Source of the DNA: Candidatus Bathyarchaeota archaeon
GTDB taxonomy: Archaea; Thermoproteota; Bathyarchaeia; 40CM-2-53-6
DNA: 45,000 bases
Assembly: GCA_963833125.1 (NCBI GenBank)
Contig: CAWHWX010000017.1
Location: forward strand, 1 to 45,000
Reading direction: 5' to 3'
How positions within the stretch are numbered: position 1 is the stretch's first letter; each line of letters opens with the position of its first letter. A program made the position numbers and the translations under genes. The notes beneath the pieces are model-generated. The model made no database searches. It worked only from the letters and a program-made list of their open reading frames with translations, and was not told the DNA's origin. Positions 38,919 to 45,000 of this stretch are shown piece after piece.

Positions 38919-39314
<396 letters not shown>

Positions 39315-39429
39315 TTACCGCTCGGCAGCGAAAGTCTTCTCAGCTTCGCTGCAGGCTCGAGTTAAAACGCTGAGCCGAGGCATCATCGAAGTTGGACGCT
39401 GAATGGAATTCGCTGAGGACTGAAACAGG

Positions 39430-40820
39430 CTAGCGTTGAAATCGTAACCTTCTTCGCCGTGCTGCGAAAGATCGAGACCGGCAGCTTCCTGCTCGGGAGT
39501 CACGCGCAGGCCCATGATTTTATCCACCACAAACAGCAGAACCAGAGTGCCCACAATCGAAATCCCCAGGAGATGCCGACGCCGCAAGCTGGTTCAGAAT
39601 CTGGCCCCAGTGGCCGTCGATGCCGCCCGTAGGCACGCCCTTGCCATAGATCGGGATTGATGACACAGGCGGCAAAGACGCCGGTGAGGATCGCGCCCAG
39701 CGTTCCGCCCGCGCCGTGCACGCCAAAGGCGTCGAGCGAGTCGTCGTAACCGAAGCGGCACTTGACCTGTGAACACCATGAACGAGCAGAAGAACCCGGC
39801 CGCAAGGCCGATGAGCAGCGCGGACATGGGCTGCACGAAGCCCGAAGCCGGCGTGATGGCCACCAGGCCGGCCACCGCTCCTGAGATTGCGCCCAGGGCC
39901 GTGGGCTTGCCGTTGTGAAACCACTCAAAGATGGTCCAGCCCAGGGCGGCGGCGGCCGTGGCAAAGTGGGTGTTGATAAAGGCGCTGGTGGCCAGCGGGC
40001 TTGCGCCCAGCGCGCTGCCGGCGTTGAACCCGAACCAGCCCACCCACAGCAGGCACGCGCCGATGAAGCTGAGCACCAGCGAGTGCGGAGGCATGGCAGT
40101 TTGCGGATAGCCGAGGCGCTTGCCCAGGTAGAGCGCGCAGACCAGCGCCGAGACGCCGCAGGTGATGTGCACCACCGTTCCGCCGGCGAAATCGAGCGAG
40201 GGAATGTGGCCGCCGGTCGCGTTGAGCAGGCCGCCCACGCCCCAGACCATGTGCGCCATGGGGCAGTAGACGAAGAGCGACCAGAGCGAAAGAAAGACGG
40301 CCATGGCGCTGAACTTCATGCGCTCGGCAAACGCGCCGGAGATCAGCGCCGGCGTGATGATGGCGAACATGAGCTGGTAGATCATGTAGGTCTGCTCGGG
40401 AATGGTGGCGGCGTAGTCGGGGTTGGGCGAGAGCGAGACGCCGCGCAGGAACAGGTGCTCGAAGCCGCCGATGAACACGTTGCCGTGCCCGAAGGCCAGC
40501 GAGTAGCCGCAGATGGCCCAGATGATGGTGACCAGGCCCATCATGGCGAAGCTCTGCATCATGGTGCCGAGGATGTTCTTTCTGCGCACCAGGCCGCCGT
40601 AGAACAGCGCCAGGCCGGGGCCGGTCATCAGCAGAACCAGCGCGGCAGAGGTCAGCATCCACGCGTTGTCGCCCGCCGATTGCGCGCTGGCGCTGGCAGC
40701 CTGTGCGTTCCGCACGGCCTCCTGCAGGGCGGCAATTTGCGCTTGCGTATCCGAGGCGGCAGGCTGAGCCAGAGCCACGGCAGGAATCGCCAGCAACGGA
40801 GAAAAGAAGAGCAGCTTCAT
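39430..40820 (-). CDS. amtB: Ammonium transporter (several indels)
   Basis: [50 protein letters not shown]. Confidence 0.92.
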
Positions 40821-41091
40821 TGCTCCACGGCACATAGTTTTTCTACTCCCATCGTGCATGGACGTTCGAGCGCCATGCGATACGGCGAAATAGCGGCCGC
40901 CGTTCCGCTTAAAGTCAATCGGGATGCACTGGTAACGCAGGCCTATGCGGGGCCCTATTCGCTACCGGAATAGGGATTTTGAAAAGACCGAGCGCGACAG
41001 GCAACCGCCCGTTAGAGTGCAATGATACCTAAACCCTTGCATGATTTTTATAAGGATACAATAAGCCCCTGGCATCTTTATCGCTCCTGTG

Positions 41092-41914
<823 letters not shown>

Positions 41915-41968
41915 TCAGCTTATGCGACTTGGCCTGACCCGCGCCGCGTGGGCGCGGCCGGCTTCAAA

Positions 41969-43389
41969 TCAAGCGTTCAACTCGTAGCCTTCCTCGCCAT
42001 GCTGCGAAAGGTCCAGGCCGGAGGTTTCATCGGCCGTGGAAAGTCTCAGTCCCATCGCCTTGTCGACCGCGAAAAGCAGGATCAGCGTGCCGGCGATAGC
42101 AATCAGCCAACCGATCCCCGCGCCAACTCCCTGGTTCAGAATCTGATGCCAATTTCCACCGATGGCGCCGGTAGGCCGCGGTTGCCCGGCGGCGTCCTTG
42201 CCGAAGACCGCGTTGATTGCACCCGACGCCAGAACGCCGGTCAGCACCGCGCCCACCGTGCCGCCCATCCCATGGACGCCAAAGGCGTCGAGCGAATCGT
42301 CGTAGCCGAAGGTTTTCTTGATCTTCAGGACCATGAAGGAGCAAACCAGCCCGGCGACGGGCCGATCCCGAGCGCCGACATCGGTTGCACGAATCCGGAG
42401 GCCTGTGTAATCGTAGCCAGCCCGGCCACAGCGCCGGAGATCGCGCCGAGCGCAGTCGGCTTGCCGTTGTGAACCCACTCAGCCAGAGTCCAGTGAGGGC
42501 CGCAGCCGCCGCGGCAAACTGGGTGTTGATGAAGGCACTGGTGGCCAGGGGCCAGCCGACAAAGCGCTGCCGGCATTGAACCCGAACCAACCAACCCACA
42601 ACAGGCATGCGCCGATAAAGCTCAGCACCATCGAGTGCGGCGGCATGTCCGTGTTGGGATAGCCGATTCGTTTGCCCAGGTAGAGGCGGTCAGAGGGCGG
42701 AAACCCCGCTGGTAATGTGAACCACGGTGCCTCCCGCGAAGTCGAGGACCGGCCAGCGCACGCCGCTGGTGCTGACATTCAGCAGTCCTCCCGCCCCCCA
42801 GATCATGTGCGCCATGGGGCAATAAACCAGCAAAGACCACAGGGATAGAAAGACGGCCATGGAGCTGAACTTGACGCGCTCGGCAAACGCTCCGGTAATC
42901 AGCGCAGGCGTGATGATGGCGAACATGAGCTGGTAGATCATGAACGTCTGCTCGGGAATGGTTGGGGCGTAGTCCGGGTCGGGCGAGAGCAGACGCCGTG
43001 CAGGAAGAGGTGATCGAATCCCCCGATAAAGCATTGCCATGGCCGAAGGCCAGCGAGTAGCCGGCGATCGCCCACAGCACCGTGATGAGGCCCATCATGG
43101 CGAAGCTCTGCATCATGGTGCCGAGAATGTTCTTGCGCCGCACCAGGCCGCCGTAGAAGAGCGTCAGCCCCGGTCCGGTCATCAGCAGCACCAGAGCCGC
43201 GGACTATCAGCATCCAGGCGTTGTCGCCGGCGGACCGCGCATTGTGGACGGCCTGCTGCAGGGCTGTATCTGGGCCTGGGTAGCGGGCGCTGCAAGGGCG
43301 CGCCAGCAGGTTAGGAGCGACGGCGTGGGCCAAGGATGGCAGGGCAGGAGGGCGGGTAAGCACAATAACTTGCAAGAACCAGAGGACAT
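41969..43389 (-). CDS. amtB: Ammonium transporter (second copy, many indels)
   Basis: The same Amt motifs are spread over ORFs 42622, 42690, 42479, 42325 and 41969. Confidence 0.88.
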
Positions 43390-43673
43390 GAGATCTTCCG
43401 CTCCGAGATCGATGGTTTCCGCGCCAGGCGCGAAGAAAAGCCGTGAGTGTTCCACGCATGGCCATGGAAGGCCAGCGAATTGCACAAATCAGAGAACGCG
43501 AAGGGCGCACACGTGCGTTTCGACCAATCCAGAAGCCATAGTCGAATCGCAGTTTGCGGACATACTTACGCTTCTCTTAAGGACCTTGGATATGACACAA
43601 GTTTCTGCCTGCAGGGCAAACCGCAGTGGCGCGCCCAGGATCATGCCAAATCCCGCAGGCGTATATTGGATAT

Positions 43674-44248
43674 ATGGCGGCTTCCGTTGAGCGCGATCAC
43701 TATCTGTTCGGCAGCATGGAAAGCAGCGCGAAAAACCGCACCAAGTCGAGGAAGTCGAACTACGGCTACGAAGAGCCGGAGGGCGTCTTCCTGACCACGC
43801 TGGATTTCGCGGTCAACTGGGTCGGAAGAACTCGCTATGGCCCATGACCTTCGGTCTGGCCTGCTGCGCCATCGAGATGATGTCGATGGGCGCTTCGCGC
43901 TTCGACATTGCGCGCTTCGGCGCCGAGGTTTTCCGGCCCTCGCCGCGGCAGTCCGACCTGATGGTGATCGCCGGCCGCGTATCGCAGAAGATGGCGCCCG
44001 TTCATCCGCCGGCTCTACGACCAGATGCCCGAGCCCAAATGGGTCATCTCGATGGGCGCCTGCGCCACCTCGGGCGGCGTGTTCAATAACTACGCACTGG
44101 TGCAGGGCGTCAACCAGGTCATTCCGGTCGACGTGTATGTCCCGGGTGCCCGCCTCGTCCCGAGCAACTTATCTACGCCATTACGCTTCTACAGGAGAAG
44201 ATACAGCGCGAGCCCCGCAGCCTGCTGAAGACCCTGAATGCAGATTAA
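43674..44248 (+). CDS. nuoB: NADH-quinone oxidoreductase subunit B (stand-alone, frameshifted)
   Basis: [41 protein letters not shown] across frames. Confidence 0.9.
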
Positions 44249-44289
44249 GCAACTGATTTTATTTAACGGAGAAGCGGCAAAGACCGAAT

Positions 44290-44524
44290 CGGGCATGCCT
44301 AAAGTCACCGCCCGGAGTTCGTGGCGCGCAAGGTTCTCCCAATCATTAGGCGGATTTCTGACCAGCGTGGCGGATTCACTGGAAGAAAATTGCCAAGACT
44401 ACCATCGCCCGCAGAGGTTTGCGGCGGGTATTCACCGCGTCCAGAGCAACTTATCTACGCTATTTCACTTCTAAAACAGCAGATTTATCGTGAGCAGGGC
44501 AGCCTACTAACGACCCTGAATGCA
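44290..44524 (+). pseudogene. Degenerate partial tandem copy of nuoB
   Basis: VARKVLPIIRRISDQ resembles [46 protein letters not shown] resembles [31 protein letters not shown]. Confidence 0.6.
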
Positions 44525-45000
44525 GGCCAAGCGTTTCGATCCTTTATGATTAATGGAGAATTCAGCCCAGGGAGTCTCAATGTGCGATGGGCTCGGCGAG
44601 GAGTGCGCCGCGCTCAATTACACTTTGGGACAGGCGCGTTGTTTATTGAGTGAGCGAAGTGCCCGACAGTGGATTACCACAACATCAGCTAACAATCGGA
44701 GATGTGAGCCGCAGGGGAAGAATCGCGCCACATCAGAACGCCCTGTGGGCCGTGCGGCGCATGGGGATGGCTTTTCGCGCCGCGTCGAGGCGGAGAAGCC
44801 GAGCGTAAGAGAGAGCTCGGCGGCTATTGTTTTCCAGATTGCGTCGCAGTAGAGATGCGGAGGGAAACGGACTTGAATCAGGGTTGCGCCAGGCACAGGC
44901 GGCAAAAAGGTGAAATGATCCAGGATCGAGATCGCGGTGGCCCTCAAACGGAAATATGCTTGTTTGTTCAGCATGATTGAGAAGGAGAATGAAATGTATT

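Noticed and set aside
41070-41085. Sigma-54-like TGGCA-N-TCGC promoter for amtB
   Set aside because: GG-N10-GC spacing is present but on the plus strand, pointing away from amtB.

Overview
The window has two parts. Bases 1-~35.8 kb are archaeal, TACK-like and probably Bathyarchaeia (inference). They carry a peptide ABC operon, an Rv1679-Rv1681-like acyl-CoA dehydrogenase/PhnD-like/TusA-radical SAM cluster, glycosyltransferases, two ABC-2 exporters, divergent pyrI/pyrB and an orphan A-ATPase subunit F. They also carry a wHTH-ATP-cone-NrdD fusion lacking its catalytic residues, a half-size DOHH-like HEAT protein and four tRNA genes. The main result is that all four tRNAs are split by multiple bulge-helix-bulge (BHB) introns, 12 in total. 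tRNA-Ala(TGC) and tRNA-Gln(TTG) have 2 each, while tRNA-Pro(CGG) and initiator tRNA-Met(CAT) have 4 each; the highest number per archaeal tRNA I know of is three. Three short Tyr/Pro-rich ORFs also occur in this part. Bases ~35.8-45 kb are higher-GC, bacterial (Acidobacteria-like) and full of indels: two amtB-glnK pairs, a CTAG-flanked MITE-like element, nuoB and a degenerate nuoB copy. The join is most likely an assembly or concatenation artefact. All calls are by eye; no searches were run.
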